Shown here in pieces: positions 31,267 to 41,953 of a stretch of DNA of 64,000 bases (position 1 is its first letter; every line of letters begins with the position of its first letter). The stretch comes from an uncultured archaeon (GTDB lineage Archaea > Thermoproteota > Nitrososphaeria > Nitrososphaerales > Gagatemarchaeaceae), in the NCBI GenBank assembly GCA_963799775.1, contig CAWCYD010000003.1, positions 1,440,001-1,504,000 of the forward strand, given 5' to 3'. The position numbers were made by a program, and so were the translations under genes. The notes under the pieces are model-generated. The model was given only the letters and a program-made list of their open reading frames with translations. It was not told the DNA's origin and did not search any database.

Positions 31267-32837
31267 GAAACGACCGTCTGCGACTGCTCTCTTAGGAAGG
31301 TCAGCAGATAGCTGGGGCCGCCGATCCCCTTGCCCGTCGAGCCGCTCGCCTTCCAGCCGACGAATGACTGCGGGCCTGGCCAAGCGCCCGTCGTCGCGCC
31401 GCCGCTCCTGTTGGCGTAGACCACGCCGAACTGGATCTTGTCCATGAACTCCTTGACCTCCTTCTTGTCCTCGCTGAATATCCCCGCCGTCAGGCCGTAG
31501 TCGGTGTCGTTGGCCTCGCGGAGCGCCTCGTCGAGGGTCTTGAACTCGGCGACGGCGAGGAGCGGGACGAAGAGCTCCTTCTTGAAGAGCTCGTGGTCGA
31601 TCGGGAGGCCGGTCACGACGGTGGGCTGGACGTAGTAGCCGCGCTTGAAGGCGCCGCTCTTAATCACGTCTCCCCCGAAGACGACCTTGCCTCCGTCGCT
31701 CTTGGCCTGCTTCACCGCTCTGGTGAACGTCTCCACCGCTGCGGGGTTGATGATAGGCCCCATGAACGCGCTCTTCTCCCTGGGGTCGCTGACCGCGAGC
31801 TTGGAGAGCCTCTCCTTCAGCATCCCGAGGAACTCGTCCTTCACCTCTCTCTGGACGTAGACCCTCGAGTTGGCGCTGCACTTTTGTCCGCTGTAGCCGT
31901 ATGCCGCCCTCACGACTCCCTCGACCGCCTTCTTCAGGTCGGCCTTGGCCGTGATTATCGCGGGGTTCTTGCTGCCCAGCTCGAGGAGGACGGGCTTCAC
32001 GTATGGCTGCCGCGTGAGGAAGTCGCGGTAGAGGTTCATCCCCACGACCTTCGACCCGGTGAAGGTGATGCCCGCGACGTCGGGGTTCTCCGTGAACTCG
32101 GCGGAGAAGTTGGGGCCCTGGCCGGTCACGAAGTTGACCGCTCCCGCAGGGACCCCGCCGTCCCGGTAGACCTTGTAGAGCATCAGGCCCGTGAGGGGCG
32201 CCTCGCTTGTCGGCTTTAGGATGACCGTGTTGCCCGTCAACAGCGCGCCCGTGGCCATCCCGTTGGCGAGCATGAATGGGAAGTTGAAGGGCGAGATGAC
32301 GGGCCAGACGCCCAACGGTCTGGCGATTATTCTCCCGTGCTCCCCTGCGACCCCCTCCGTCTCCTTCGAGTATCCCTTGTTGTCCTCCATCACCTTGGCG
32401 TAGAGATTGATGGCGTCGATGGCCTCCCAGGCCTCGGCGAGGGCCTCGAGCCTGTTCTTCCCAACCTCGTAGGTTATCGCCGAAGCGATCTCGAACTTCC
32501 TCTCGTCGATCAGCTCTGCGACGCGCCTGAGGATCCTCACCCTCCCCCGCCAGGGCGTGGCGCTCCATCCTGGGAAGGCGCGCTTGGCTGCGTCTATCGC
32601 CTGCTTCGCGTGCTCCCTCTGCCCGACGGGGAAGTAGCTCACGACGATCGAGGTGTCGATGGGGCTCCTGTGCTCGAACTCGCCCGCATCGGAGGAGACC
32701 TCCTTGGAGCCGATGTGCATCTTGTGGTGCTTGCCGAGCTGGGAGGATGTGAACTTCTTGAGAGCAGCCTCGTACTTCGGATGTATGCTCTCGTCCGCGA
32801 AGAGCGTCGTGTAGGTGATCTTTGGGGGCTTCGGCAC
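31263..32837 (-). CDS. 1-pyrroline-5-carboxylate dehydrogenase-like aldehyde dehydrogenase
   Basis: ISPFNFP, FTGS, LELGSKN, GYSGQKCSA, ELFVP, TTGAWPG.QSFVGWKASG. Confidence 0.88.
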   Translation of the reverse strand: MPKPPKITYTTLFADESIHPKYEAALKKFTSSQLGKHHKMHIGSKEVSSDAGEFEHRSPIDTSIVVSYFPVGQREHAKQAIDAAKRAFPGWSATPWRGRVRILRRVAELIDERKFEIASAITYEVGKNRLEALAEAWEAIDAINLYAKVMEDNKGYSKETEGVAGEHGRIIARPLGVWPVISPFNFPFMLANGMATGALLTGNTVILKPTSEAPLTGLMLYKVYRDGGVPAGAVNFVTGQGPNFSAEFTENPDVAGITFTGSKVVGMNLYRDFLTRQPYVKPVLLELGSKNPAIITAKADLKKAVEGVVRAAYGYSGQKCSANSRVYVQREVKDEFLGMLKERLSKLAVSDPREKSAFMGPIINPAAVETFTRAVKQAKSDGGKVVFGGDVIKSGAFKRGYYVQPTVVTGLPIDHELFKKELFVPLLAVAEFKTLDEALREANDTDYGLTAGIFSEDKKEVKEFMDKIQFGVVYANRSGGATTGAWPGPQSFVGWKASGSTGKGIGGPSYLLTFLREQSQTVVS

Positions 32838-32865
32838 GAATTTTTTCGGCGTTCGAATGCTCTTC

Positions 32866-33270
32866 TTAATCTTTCCTCAGACTGATTTCCTGCGCCACGG
32901 CCTCTTCGGTCCTGAGGTTCGTCGTGACCCGTTGGGCCAGATCCGCTATCCTAAGCGGCTTCTTCAGGAAACGCTTGGGATCGACTTCGGGGAAGGCCTT
33001 GTTGAATTCTGAGCGGTACTCCTCGAACGCGGTGAAGAAGAGCACCTTGATCTTGTCGTCCCTCTTCTTGATCTCCCTGAATAGCTCGAACCCGTTAATC
33101 TTGGGCATCTTGATGTCTAGTATGGCCAGGTCGTAGACCCCGGGAGTGAACTTCGCCAGAGCCAACACCGGGTCGGTGAAGGTCTGAACATTGAGGTCGT
33201 ATTGCTCGAGCCCTTTCTTGATGACAGCCGTGATATCGGGTTCGTCGTCGACGACGAGGATGTTCCTCAT
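32866..33270 (-). CDS. Stand-alone response regulator receiver
   Basis: VVDDEPD, LDIKMPKINGFEL, FTA, KKP. Confidence 0.9.
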   Translation of the reverse strand: MRNILVVDDEPDITAVIKKGLEQYDLNVQTFTDPVLALAKFTPGVYDLAILDIKMPKINGFELFREIKKRDDKIKVLFFTAFEEYRSEFNKAFPEVDPKRFLKKPLRIADLAQRVTTNLRTEEAVAQEISLRKD

Positions 33271-33592
33271 CTAGCTGTCGGTCCTGTTATCCTCAGAGGT
33301 ATTTAGAAGTGCAAGGATTGATTCTACAGAAGATTGTTCGCGGTTGAGATACTGGGATGCAATGGCAACCATCGAGACTTGCCAGAACAGCCATAGAAGA
33401 ATCCACTTTGGGTCATTATAACCGTCTACAGATGACGTAGGTCGCTCGAATGTCCAGGCGTCTCGTCGAACGATCCTCGACAAGGAAGGCCATCACCTAC
33501 CTAGGATTCTTCTGCTTGTTAACTTCCGTGCCCCGATATGTGAGCATCATCGCATCCACTATTACAACGACGAATGGAATGGTCTGCTTACG

Positions 33593-33793
33593 ATGATGAG
33601 CCTGCAATCTGACAGCTTCACAGTCACACAGTCGGAAACCAAGGCGGTCAGGAAGTGTCCTTTCTGCGGCGGGCTCGTGGAGGACGCAGCAGGGAAGAAC
33701 ATCAATTTCATCGTTCATCTCGGGACACCGTCCGTCGAGCATCAACGAAAGCAGGAGTGGGCGGACTACCTAAGTTTCATGAACCGCATCTAG
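33593..33793 (+). CDS. Small Zn-finger-like hypothetical protein
   Basis: KCPFCG..H..H. Confidence 0.4.
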   Translation: MMSLQSDSFTVTQSETKAVRKCPFCGGLVEDAAGKNINFIVHLGTPSVEHQRKQEWADYLSFMNRI

Positions 33794-34203
33794 ATCCTGA
33801 GTTCCACATCCTTAAAGCGGACTACATGATTTGTAGACCGCCGGTATTCAGTTGTCAAGCCCAGGAAGCAACCCTACGTCCATCCGGCAAGGGGTTCCTC
33901 TTGCGACAGTGGAATATCGATATCTGGTTCATCTGAGAGCAAAGGAAGATTTCGTTGACCTGATGGCTCACAAGGGTATCCGCATCCCGACAACAGGTCA
34001 TGTGGTAGGGTTCACCACCCCGCTGGCTCTGGACATGAGAGGATACAAGGAGAGGCGATTGGTCTGGTCGTATGTCGTCGTCGACGCTAACGATGGCCGC
34101 CCCCTAGAGGAAGGCTAGGCAGACAGCCAATCGCTAGAGCTGACGACTTACCCAGCCGCCACGGTGAAGCTCGCGTCGCCTGCGCGACGGTCGTCTGGGC
34201 CCT

Positions 34204-34875
34204 CTAGATAGGGGAAGTCAAAGGCGATGGCCTGGGAACTCCCAGCTCGTCCACAGATTTCGACTCGAGCTGGACGTCGAAGACATCCGAGAAGTTCTTC
34301 ACGACCTTCTCCTTCACTGCTTGCATGCTGAATTGTCGGCTCGAGAGCTTTTCCATGGACGTCATCGCCTCGGGGTCGAGGCCGCACGGCTTGATGAGAC
34401 GGAAGTAGCTGAGGTCGGTGTTGACGTTGAGCGCGAACCCGTGGAAGGTCACCCAGTTCGTGACCGCGACCCCTATCGAGGCGAGCTTCTTCCCCCCTGA
34501 CCACACGCCGGTGTGGCCCTCCTTCCTACCCGCAGTGACTTCGAAATCAGTGGCAGTCCTGATGATGACCTCCTCTAGTTGCCTCACGAACTTGTGAACG
34601 TCTGGGTCGGCCAGCTTGATTATCGGATAGCCGACGAGCTGGCCCGGGCCGTGGAAAGTCGCGTTGCCACCTCTCTCCACTTGGAATACGGGGATGTCCT
34701 GGGGTCGGAAGTTCTCGGGGGTGGTCTTCCTGCCCAGCGTGATGACAGGCTCATGCTCCACGAGGACGAGCGTGTCCGAGATCTTGTCGGAGGCCCTTGC
34801 GGCGAGGAGCTGCTTCTGGATCTCCCAGACCTGGCCGTATTCCCGTCTCCCGAGGTCCAGCAGGTTGGCGACCAA
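34204..34875 (-). CDS. lipB: Octanoyltransferase
   Basis: EHEPVITLG, RGG..TFHGPGQLVGYPI, KLASIG, HGFALN, IKPCG. Confidence 0.92.
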   Translation of the reverse strand: MVANLLDLGRREYGQVWEIQKQLLAARASDKISDTLVLVEHEPVITLGRKTTPENFRPQDIPVFQVERGGNATFHGPGQLVGYPIIKLADPDVHKFVRQLEEVIIRTATDFEVTAGRKEGHTGVWSGGKKLASIGVAVTNWVTFHGFALNVNTDLSYFRLIKPCGLDPEAMTSMEKLSSRQFSMQAVKEKVVKNFSDVFDVQLESKSVDELGVPRPSPLTSPI

Positions 34876-34877
34876 GG

Positions 34878-36278
34878 CTAGAGCTTCACCTGGTGGATGG
34901 GCTTCCCGGCCGCGAGCTCCGCGGCTTCCATTATCGCCTCGGGCAGTGTCGGGTGCGGGTGCATCGTGAGCGCGAGATCCTCCACCGTCGCGCCCATCTC
35001 GATGGCGAGCGCAGCCTCGCTGATGAGGTTCGAGGCCTCGGGACCGACTATCTGGACCCCGACGACCACTCCCGTGTTCGAGTCGGAGACTATCCTCACG
35101 AAGCCGTCGGTCTCTCCCGAGGTAAGCGCTCGTCCGAGAGCTGCGAAGGAGAACCTGCTCCTCTTCACCTGCATCCCGGCCGCGGTGGCTGCGCTCTCCG
35201 TGAGCCCGACCCCGGCGATCTCCGGGTCTGTGAAGATAGCCCACGGGATGCTCTTCCAGTCGGCGGCGCTAGGCTTGCCGGCGATGACCTCGGCAGCGAC
35301 TATGCCCTCTTTCGATGCCTTGTGCGCGAGCAGCGGCTGGCCCCGGACGTCCCCGATGGCGTAGACGCCGGCCACGCTCGTCTTCATCTGCTCGTCGGTG
35401 ATGATGTAGCCCTTGGCGTCTGTCTTGACGCCGAGCTCGCTGAGCCTCATCCCCTGTGTGAGAGGCCCCCTTCCCACGCTGACGAGCACGAGGGTTGCCG
35501 CAATCTCCACGTCCCCGTCTCGCGTCGCGATCTTCGCTCTGACGCCCTTAGCGTCCTTTTGGAGCGAGGTCACTTTAGACTTTAGAAGCAACCGTGCGCC
35601 TCTCTTCTCCAGGTTCCTCTGCGCGAACCGCACGAGGTCGGGCTCTGTGCCGGGGAGGAGCTGGTCCGTGAGCTCGACGATCGTCACCTTGGTCCCGAGC
35701 TTCTGGTAGACGGTCGCGAGTTCTAGCCCGATGTAGCCGCCACCGATTACAAGCATGCTCTCGGGCACCTGCTCGAGAACTAACACTTCGGTCGAACTTA
35801 GGATGACCTTCCCATCGAATTCGATCCCGGGCAGCGGTAGAGCCCGCGAGCCTGTGGCAATAACAACGTTCTTCGTAACGACGTCCTCAATCCCCGAGCT
35901 GGTCGTCACCTTGACTCTCCTTGCGTCGATGACCTCGGCGGTTCCCTTGATGACCACTATCTTATTTGAACGACATAGGTTTGCGACTCCGCTTTCGAGG
36001 GTGGAGACAACGCCGTCCTTCCATCTTTGGAGGGCGGGCAAATCGACCCTGATTCCCTCGGCGATTATCCCAAAAGTAGCTCCCTCTTTCGCTTTCTCGT
36101 AGAGCTTGGTCATTGTGATCAGCGCCTTCGACGGGATGCAGCCCGACGCGACGCAGATTCCGCCTAGCGTTTCCCTTTCGATGAGAATTGTCTTGAGGCC
36201 TAGCTGGGCGCTTCTAATTGCACAAACGTAACCTCCAGGCCCTCCGCCTATTATCGTCACATCGGCGTCCCGCGTCAA
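34878..36278 (-). CDS. lpdA: Dihydrolipoamide dehydrogenase (E3)
   Basis: GGGPGGY, GGICVASGCIPSK, GGGYIGLE, HPHPTLPE. Confidence 0.95.
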   Translation of the reverse strand: MTRDADVTIIGGGPGGYVCAIRSAQLGLKTILIERETLGGICVASGCIPSKALITMTKLYEKAKEGATFGIIAEGIRVDLPALQRWKDGVVSTLESGVANLCRSNKIVVIKGTAEVIDARRVKVTTSSGIEDVVTKNVVIATGSRALPLPGIEFDGKVILSSTEVLVLEQVPESMLVIGGGYIGLELATVYQKLGTKVTIVELTDQLLPGTEPDLVRFAQRNLEKRGARLLLKSKVTSLQKDAKGVRAKIATRDGDVEIAATLVLVSVGRGPLTQGMRLSELGVKTDAKGYIITDEQMKTSVAGVYAIGDVRGQPLLAHKASKEGIVAAEVIAGKPSAADWKSIPWAIFTDPEIAGVGLTESAATAAGMQVKRSRFSFAALGRALTSGETDGFVRIVSDSNTGVVVGVQIVGPEASNLISEAALAIEMGATVEDLALTMHPHPTLPEAIMEAAELAAGKPIHQVKL

Positions 36279-36581
36279 GTTACCGTCTGCGGCGCAGAAA
36301 TTGAATCGCTTAAACCTTGCTCGATGACCCTAGCTTATCGGCTCCTAACCCAATTCCCGGCTCCGAATCTTGTCTTATGAGCCGAACAGAGGTTTTGTCG
36401 AGTTGTCATTCGGCCGAATGCAGCTCACGCTAGACCAAACGAAGACTGGACAGCACCGAAGAGACAACACTCGTCATTTTGTTGGAATCCCTCGACCTTA
36501 ACGACCTCGTCACTCTTCCCGAGAAGTGCCGCTCTTCAGAACATGGAACTTAAGCCCGAAATCAGCAAGAAAAGATTCAAT

Positions 36582-36722
36582 GTGGACGCTGCTCCCACTC
36601 ACAAGAAACGACGCAGACGGCTTGTTCTGGCGGTGGTGATTATTGCCGTGCTGGTAACAGAAGGTTACACAGCCGACTATATGAGAAGGCAAACTGTGGA
36701 CCCAAGACTGGAAGGGCCGTAA
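36582..36722 (+). pseudogene. Short signal-anchor ORF (46 aa), probably a remnant
   Basis: MDAAPTHKKRRRRLVLAVVIIAVLVTEGY..., then an early stop. Confidence 0.3.
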
Positions 36723-36978
36723 CGGAACGGGTTTTGAGTTTGCTTCCATCGGATCTCTCGATTGGCATCCTACGAGTTCTCGAGGTAAATTGGTTGCCAA
36801 GAGGGTGAAGCTATGATTTTGGACTTTGGCAACTACTTAGCAACCATAACTTGAGCCTTCTTGCCCCGCGTTCTTCCATAATAGAGTCGCCTATTACAGG
36901 GTATATCGTGAAGCATCGACACCCTTAGCAACCATCCGACGCAACGAAAGATGATTGCGGGACGGAATATATCTCTGT

Positions 36979-37809
36979 CTAACCTGCAGCGTCGACTTCG
37001 AAATGCAGAAGCACTGATTGACCCCATTCATCGTCAACGGCCACCGTGTACACTCCTGGGACAAATAGAGTGGTGGAAGGCGGGTGCGTATAACCTGGGG
37101 CGATGATAATTGCGGGGTTCATCTGCGCGGCGCTAGCAGTAAGGTTCCAGTAGCCGGTTGCTGTGTAAGTGTTCGATAGTTGATACGGACCATTTGTCTG
37201 ATTACTTGGTCGAGGGGAAGCAAGGGAGTCTGTAATTCCAGTAACGTTTGCGATCGAGCTTTCTGACTGAAAAATAACATGGTCCATTACGCCTGCGCCG
37301 TCGTAACAGAGCTGGGAGGGAATGAATACATTCGCAATGTTCGATATATTCTCGATTGTGTAGTATCCTTTAAGGACAGCCACGTCGGCAGGAGTGGTCA
37401 GGAAATATACAGTCCTATTGCCTCCGGGATTGCTCACTACATCTGAATTGGTGGCCAAACAATCGGGCCAGAGGGCAACAGGAATACCTCGAAACAACCA
37501 ATGAGCAGATGTTGGGATGCTATTGAGTCGGTCCAGAGTATTGTAGACTGTGACGTTGAATTCGAGAGATTGCCCCACTCTAACTAGCGTCGAATTGATG
37601 GACAACGAAAGTTCGACTCCATTCGAGCCCGTTGTCGAGTTACTTGTTGATAGTTGTGACAATGAAGACATTGTTACTGTGGAGGAATACTCACCACTCG
37701 TCGAACTAGTCGTCGCAGAATAGAGTTGTCCTATTTCGAACCCCACCAAGGCAGTGACGATGACGGCGGCGATAACGCCGGCCATTATCTGTCGTGAATA
37801 CTCTGACAC
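36979..37809 (-). CDS. Membrane-anchored extracellular protein with an Ig-like fold
   Basis: N-terminal TM, S/T linker, LSLSINST..GQSL.FNV.VYN, PGVYTVAVDDEWGQ. Confidence 0.75.
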   Translation of the reverse strand: MSEYSRQIMAGVIAAVIVTALVGFEIGQLYSATTSSTSGEYSSTVTMSSLSQLSTSNSTTGSNGVELSLSINSTLVRVGQSLEFNVTVYNTLDRLNSIPTSAHWLFRGIPVALWPDCLATNSDVVSNPGGNRTVYFLTTPADVAVLKGYYTIENISNIANVFIPSQLCYDGAGVMDHVIFQSESSIANVTGITDSLASPRPSNQTNGPYQLSNTYTATGYWNLTASAAQMNPAIIIAPGYTHPPSTTLFVPGVYTVAVDDEWGQSVLLHFEVDAAG

Positions 37810-37977
37810 ATTTCGTCAATCATGATTTATCGGTCGTGGTTATATTGCTACGTTTTATCACACCCGTTCCTACAAATTTATTCATAATTTATCTTTGATA
37901 TCGATAGTTTCTATCCGAAAACCTATCCATCCGAACCGCTCGAATCCACAGAAACGGAGTAGGGTTGTCAATTCGAT

Positions 37978-38389
37978 TCAGATGCTTTCCCTAAGTGATG
38001 TAGATGTCTGAAATAGCGAAACTGTTAGTGACGCAACCAAGGTCAGAATCGAAAAGACATAGGAACCGTTCATTGCGGCCGGCCTGAGAACGGTCAGAAG
38101 CAGGGCGAGAGACGTCGCCAGAAAAGCAGAGAAAGTTGCCCATAGAGGTATGACTGTTCTTCTAATTCTTATCATGTTTTCGAACAACGTCCTGTCCGCC
38201 GTGAAGCCGTCACTTCCCTCACGAATCAGGCCAGAAAGGAGTAGCTTCTGCAAATGGTATTCGGCTACCGACGAGGAACTCATATTGAGCTCTCTCCTAA
38301 TATCAGACAAATTGATAGGCACCTCGTCTGTAAACGAGACGATAGACCCTAAGTGTGGTTCCTGAAAGAGAGATGCGCTTCGGCGGCAA
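37978..38389 (-). CDS. Winged-HTH plus 2-TM regulator, paralog of 30284..30736; frameshift at 38321
   Basis: LSGTTLRVYRLVYRRG-PINLSDIRRELNMSSSSVAEYHLQKL; C-terminal TM helices. Confidence 0.75.
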
Positions 38390-38457
38390 GCAGTAGTTCC
38401 GGAGCGGTCAGTTAGTAATGAGTTTTGGGTTCGAGTTTGGGGCTATTCAAGCATGTA

Positions 38458-39648
38458 TCAGTAGCCTCCTGCATTCTCATAGTTAATGTCGAAGTCTCCC
38501 GAACTCACGCTTCCCGGGCAGACGTTTACGTTATACGTATTGCCCAGGCAGCTCGCGGAGCCTGCATAAGTGCCATTGTAATCAAGGTAGTACGCGTTAT
38601 CGCTGCTCCCGGCAGCGCCGATCGTAACGAAGTTGTTGTAGTTGGAGTCATAATAGTACGCACCCGAGACTGAAATACTGCCGAAGTCGGGGAGACCGTA
38701 CCCTGGACTGCCGGGAGGCACTTCAGACATATACGTAGAATAATACGTTGAACTTGTGGAGAAACCGCTTGGAGAATTGGCTGAACAACCACTGCTCAAC
38801 GAGTAGTCATAGATGGAGGTAGTATAGGAGGGCGCAGTACTTCCATTGTATGTCGTATCAGCGCCTATTTGGTCGCCCCCACTTGCTGCGGAGCACTCAT
38901 TGGGGGCGCCGGAACCATTGTAGAACTCGTACCAATAGTCATAGTGGTAGTAATGCGAACTATTGCACAACGTGGAACAATATGCATCGGTGCCAGTTTG
39001 AGCGATGTAGCTACCAGTGGGCGACAAACCGACCCACATGGATATGAGGCACCAGTCATTGAGGTAGTCGCTGCAATTGTCCGAGGCCCCGCTGATAGAT
39101 GGAATATACCAATCTGCGCCCACTTCGTTAACAGCAGTGCCGTAGCTGCTGTAGTATTGGTACCCCGCCCATTTTACGCTAGAGGCAACATTAGGACCGG
39201 TTCGCGGGATATCTTGGTACACGTTCGTGCTCAATACAGAAGTTAGGGAAGGATCCTCGGCAACCTGAAGCACATAGGTAGCTCCGTTCGCCCCCTTGAG
39301 GTCATAGTCGACAGTCACTTCGACGATGGATATTGCACAGCTCATGTTCCAAGTTGTGCTGTAGAATACACTATCGAACGATTCTGAGTTGTATTCAGAA
39401 GAATACGATGCAGCAGTTGATGCCGCGAGGTCTTGGGCTGCGGACTGGTTTATGCCCGTCTCTGCAACCCTAGTCTCCCCAGTAAGCAACCTTGGGGGAC
39501 AGGTCGAAGGCGAAGTCGGCCCCTGATTGGATGTGGCCGCGTTTGATAATGGAATCCTTCCAAAGACCAATAGAGCCAGTATTCCGAGCATCACGGCCAC
39601 GTCCAAGTAGGATTTTGAGCTGTGAGGACTTCCTAAATCGAACTTCAT
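38458..39648 (-). CDS. Secreted G1-family glutamic (eqolisin-like) peptidase with N-terminal prodomain
   Basis: KWAGY, WYIP, SMWVGL..IAQTG (catalytic Q), WYEFY, YMSE (catalytic E), LPDFGSI. Confidence 0.75.
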   Translation of the reverse strand: MKFDLGSPHSSKSYLDVAVMLGILALLVFGRIPLSNAATSNQGPTSPSTCPPRLLTGETRVAETGINQSAAQDLAASTAASYSSEYNSESFDSVFYSTTWNMSCAISIVEVTVDYDLKGANGATYVLQVAEDPSLTSVLSTNVYQDIPRTGPNVASSVKWAGYQYYSSYGTAVNEVGADWYIPSISGASDNCSDYLNDWCLISMWVGLSPTGSYIAQTGTDAYCSTLCNSSHYYHYDYWYEFYNGSGAPNECSAASGGDQIGADTTYNGSTAPSYTTSIYDYSLSSGCSANSPSGFSTSSTYYSTYMSEVPPGSPGYGLPDFGSISVSGAYYYDSNYNNFVTIGAAGSSDNAYYLDYNGTYAGSASCLGNTYNVNVCPGSVSSGDFDINYENAGGY

Positions 39649-39698
39649 ATTCCTTCTCTCACCATTTCTGGCGTGGTTTCTTCGTATTTATGCCCTGA

Positions 39699-39887
39699 TT
39701 GCAATTGCGTATGTAATTACATGGTAGAAGCCTACAGAACCCGATTCCATCTTCACGGCTCCTCCTCAACTTGATGCCTCTTGAGCATATGGTCGATCAT
39801 GTCAAGCGTCGATTGATTCCTTATGCTGAACCTGTAGAGCTTTCGCTTCGTCTTCCCGCTCTCCGTTTCCCTTTGCTCTATCAATCC
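39699..39887. repeat. 189-bp direct repeat, copy 1
   Basis: Closely matches 41765..41953 with scattered substitutions; contains the ATGTAATTACAT palindrome and the regulator 3' end. Confidence 0.92.
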
Positions 39888-39890
39888 CAT
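39753..39890 (-). pseudogene. N-terminally truncated copy of the EarA-like regulator (open 45-aa ORF)
   Basis: MGLIEQRETESGKTKRKLYRFSIRNQSTLDMIDHMLKRHQVEEEP matches the C-terminus of 41819..42172. Confidence 0.75.
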
Positions 39891-39900
39891 TGCTCTGAAT

Positions 39901-40449
39901 CTAAGGAGAAAAAACTCCCGCGACGGCTAGGCATCCATTGGATGGCGTCTCCTGTAGGCTAATGCAACCGGAGAAACTCTCACCCACTGTAGGGATGACG
40001 GAGCCTCCACCAAATGCATCCGAAGGAAACGACGCAATAAGTGTTGCATTGCTTCCATCATTTGGTATGTAGTTCGCAGGTGTCACCAGGCATCCCGTCG
40101 CTGCACTTGTCGCCGAGTTGTCACTACTGCCATAACGAATCACCAAGCATGAGAGTCCGGTGTAAATCGTGACCGGTCCTGTGAGAGGTTGTGAGACAGG
40201 TGAGGATACACTCACAATGAAAAAGCTGCAGGTCTTGTTGCTTAGACTACATCCATGTGAGTACACCCCGTAAGAAGGAGCGACATCCACCGTAGTCACA
40301 CTGGGTGGAATCGAGATCGAAGTTGACACAGTGGTAGAAGTGACTGTCTTCATGGAAACTCCTGTGGTCAACGCGACAGACAAAGCGAGCACTGCTCCTA
40401 TTATTATTCCAACAACCAACATCCCCAAGCTTGACTTTTCGAGTCTCAA
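39901..40449 (-). CDS. Membrane-anchored Cys-containing extracellular protein
   Basis: N-terminal TM, S/T linker, six Cys. Confidence 0.65.
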   Translation of the reverse strand: MRLEKSSLGMLVVGIIIGAVLALSVALTTGVSMKTVTSTTVSTSISIPPSVTTVDVAPSYGVYSHGCSLSNKTCSFFIVSVSSPVSQPLTGPVTIYTGLSCLVIRYGSSDNSATSAATGCLVTPANYIPNDGSNATLIASFPSDAFGGGSVIPTVGESFSGCISLQETPSNGCLAVAGVFSP

Positions 40450-40535
40450 TTTTGATAGACCTTAGCATCTCTAGGAAGGATTTGATTAAGTATTACGCGA
40501 ATCTGTAACTCGCTCGAATCGCGCCGGTTGCCCTT

Positions 40536-41727
40536 CTAAGTACTACTGGAATACGTCACAGAGAAGGTACCGTAACTATACCCCGTGGGTTCAGTCATGG
40601 TAGAGGTTGTTGTAGTTCCGAAGCCGTCGTCCATGTTACTACCTAGTCCCCAGTTGTTGAGGTAATTGGGATACTGGTCAAGTTTCAATCCGCTCCCTGC
40701 TGCCATCTCAAGATCGGTGAATGTAACCGACGAGAAATTAGCCAACTCCTGGTTGCCATTGTGCGGATTTTCGACCACCGTGTCCGCGTAATGCGGCGCA
40801 CCCTCCGGACTATAGTTGTCGTTTGTGCACGCTTCATTGTTGGTCATATCCCTTACGACTACATCGTAATTGCTTCCAGACAAACCCATCTGCGAGTTCG
40901 ACCCAACCTGAGCATAGATATGGTCGCCTTGGCTTATTGATGTTGTGCCGCAAAATTGCATGCCACTATCGGAGTGAGGGTAATAGACGTGTTCAGTGAA
41001 CGCAGAGTAGGTCTTTACGCAGACAAGTGCGGTGCAGGTAATATTCCCTTGTATGCCGCCTTGAATAAGAACGTTGGTACCTGACCAAGGAATATACCCA
41101 ATGTACGTATTGTTCTGCAAACCAGTCCACACAACCACCAGGCACTGTGTTGAGCTGTCGGGGCCGCTTGTTCTGCAGTTCGTTGACCCCGTGTTAAGGG
41201 GAGGAGTAGTCCAATATGCGGCGCTATAGGTCACATCCTCACCGGTTGGTGTAGAGGCGTTTGCCACATAGTATCCGCTATTGAATTTGACAGTGGTAAG
41301 AGAAATGCCGGCGGTTGAATACCCATGTCTGGTAACGCTGTATATTACCCCCAATACGGGATTCACTGCCATTGTAAGGATGTAAAGTGGCTGACCGTCC
41401 TTTTGAAGCAGGAAATTGACAGCTGCATCCCGCCAGGTGACAGTACAGTTTGTTGGATTCGTTATCCAGTCATTGTCAAAACCAGTAAATGATGAATTAT
41501 AACCAGAAACCTCGTTTCTATAATCTGCAGAACTTGTTGCAAAATTCTGAACAGATGAGGAACTGATCGTACCTTGACCCCATCTCTGTCGCGAGTTTGA
41601 GAGACGTGCATGAAGTTGAGGTAGTTGCAGCAACTCCTGATGACGCTAGAATCGCGACGGGCGAAATCACCAAGAGAAAGAGCAATGAAAGAGCAGCCGA
41701 GCCGCTTCCAACAGCCCAGATTTTCAT
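40536..41727 (-). CDS. Second secreted G1-family peptidase-like protein; frameshift near 41580
   Basis: Signal peptide in ORF 41518..41727; WTTP, VWTGL..LIQGG, AFTE, ISQGD, TVVENP, LANFSSVTFTD. Confidence 0.72.
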
Positions 41728-41764
41728 ACATTGTTCTTGTGGGGATTCTGTATATAATATCTAG

Positions 41765-41953
41765 TTGCAATTGCGTATGTAATTACATGGTAGAAGCCTA
41801 CAGAACCAGACTCCATCTTCACGGCTCCTCCTCAACTTGATACCTCTTGAGAATGTGGTCAATCATGTCAAGCGTCGATTGATTCTGTGCGCTAAACCTG
41901 TAGGCCCTTCGCTTCGTCTTCCCGCTCCCTGTTTCCCTTTGCTCTATCAATCC
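41765..41953. repeat. 189-bp direct repeat, copy 2
   Basis: See copy 1 at 39699..39887. Confidence 0.92.

Noticed and set aside
33271-34150. ORFs 33271..33483, 33497..33745 and 33852..34118
   Set aside because: Overlapping and motif-free in a lower-GC stretch; I cannot choose a real frame
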